Shown here in pieces: positions 63,006 to 64,000 of a stretch of DNA of 64,000 nt. The stretch spans positions 1,280,001 through 1,344,000 of the forward strand of contig CAVOXA010000010.1 of assembly GCA_963700285.1 (NCBI GenBank), in the 5' to 3' direction. Both the position numbers and the translations under genes were made by a program. The notes beneath the pieces are model-generated. The model worked only from the letters and a program-made list of their open reading frames with translations. It did no database searches and had not been told where the DNA came from. This DNA is from an uncultured Chloroflexia bacterium (lineage in GTDB: Bacteria > Chloroflexota > Anaerolineae > JAAYZQ01). Each line of letters starts with the position of its first letter. The first letter of the stretch is position 1.

Positions 63006-63248
63006 ACTGAAAGTCCTCAGCGGGTAGGTCAGGTCAATGGCATACCCGGGGAAACCGATACCACTGTGTAAGGAGCTTTTTGCTTCCCGGTGGGTGACAT
63101 GCCCGGGGCGGTCCATGTGAACCAATCAACGTTCGATGTCGAATTCCTTAGCCCTTCGTTGAAACCCTACGGAGGACGGGGAGTAATCTCAGCTTCTAGG
63201 CCAGGCGACTCTGCGTTCACGCCTGTTGGGGCTCCAAACCCCCGGCGA

Positions 63249-64000
63249 TTGACGGCGGTGCGTCAAGGGACGTCTTTCGCGGCCAAGGCGCCTGGCGTTA
63301 TCCTCAGCCATTCCCCGGCAAGTTCAGGGCGCTACATCGGCTCACCCAGCCTAGCCCTTCTTCCCAACGGCGGCTATGTCGCATCGCACGATTTTTTTGG
63401 CCCACAGGCAAACCACACAAAAAGCGCCACCACGGCCGTCTTTGTCTCGGAGGACAGGGGGATCACGTGGCGGCAGACCGCCAGCCTCCGCCCCTCGTTT
63501 TGGGGCAAGCTCTTTGTACACCGGGACAAGCTCTATCTCCTGGGCACGAGCCACGAGTACGGGGACCTGGTCATCCGGCGATCCGAGGATGGCGGCAGGA
63601 TGTGGACAGAACCCGGCGGGCCGGCCACGGGGCTGCTGCGCCAGGGGCGCTATCACTGCGCGCCCTGCCCAACCCTCATTCACAACGGCCGTATTTGGCG
63701 TTCCATGGAAGAGTTTGGCGGGGGAGACTGGGGCAATTTCGCAACTCGGGTCATGAGCGCTCCCATCGACGCCGAGCTTCTGGCGGCCGCCAATTGGACC
63801 TTGAGCCAGGCTTTGCCCAAGCCAGAGGGGTTCTGCTGGCTCGAGGGCAGCGTGGTTTTGGGTCCGGACGGAAAGATCATCAATGTCCTGCGCACCAACG
63901 ATGCCGGCGATGACAGGGCCGCCCTCGTGCATGTGTCCGAAGACGGCCAGGCGCTGGCCTTCGACCCGGGGGCCGACCTCATCGACATGCCCGGCGCCGG
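63249..64000 (+). CDS. BNR/Asp-box sialidase-like beta-propeller protein, runs off window end
   Basis: Manual translation: PGVILSHSPASSGRYIGSPSLALLPNGGYVASHDFFG, SEDRGITW, SEDGGRMW, WLEG.VV. Not in the ORF track. Confidence 0.8.
   Translation, partial: MTAVRQGTSFAAKAPGVILSHSPASSGRYIGSPSLALLPNGGYVASHDFFGPQANHTKSATTAVFVSEDRGITWRQTASLRPSFWGKLFVHRDKLYLLGTSHEYGDLVIRRSEDGGRMWTEPGGPATGLLRQGRYHCAPCPTLIHNGRIWRSMEEFGGGDWGNFATRVMSAPIDAELLAAANWTLSQALPKPEGFCWLEGSVVLGPDGKIINVLRTNDAGDDRAALVHVSEDGQALAFDPGADLIDMPGA

Noticed and set aside
1-64000. tRNA/rRNA genes, integrase or prophage
   Set aside because: No recognisable RNA-gene, integrase or phage structural gene seen by eye.

Overview
GC-rich bacterial DNA, most likely Chloroflexota (Anaerolineae-like), judging by C-terminal YLPxV-type motifs, MttB/UroD/AOR metabolism and STAND-SBP fusions. 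Many genes carry 1-bp frameshifts that look like long-read consensus errors. Positions 1-32 kb hold mixed housekeeping, signalling and secreted-protein genes: a SNF2+SWIM pair, a class III cyclase-STAND-TPR-SBP fusion, an HtrA lipoprotein with Cys-rich repeats, two-component genes and a GH31. Positions 32-49 kb and 60-63 kb hold amine/betaine/amino-acid catabolic genes. The most notable part is the ~49.4-60.2 kb accessory island, which has four linked elements. (1) Two NACHT (NLR-like)-FGE/C-type-lectin-fold genes whose last 141 nt differ only at codon positions 1 and 2 (18 mismatches, none at position 3). Each is followed by an identical tail with a GAA-loop hairpin, the signature of two diversity-generating retroelement (DGR) target regions; no template repeat or reverse transcriptase is in the window. 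(2) An upstream HNH nuclease whose C-terminal Gly-rich motif also occurs N-terminal to both NACHT domains, resembling amyloid-type NLR-effector signalling. (3) A REP-associated tyrosine transposase with an 83-bp palindrome array. (4) A 106-bp x 18.7 tandem REPIN-like array. All calls come from reading motifs by eye; no database searches were run, so novelty is unverified.
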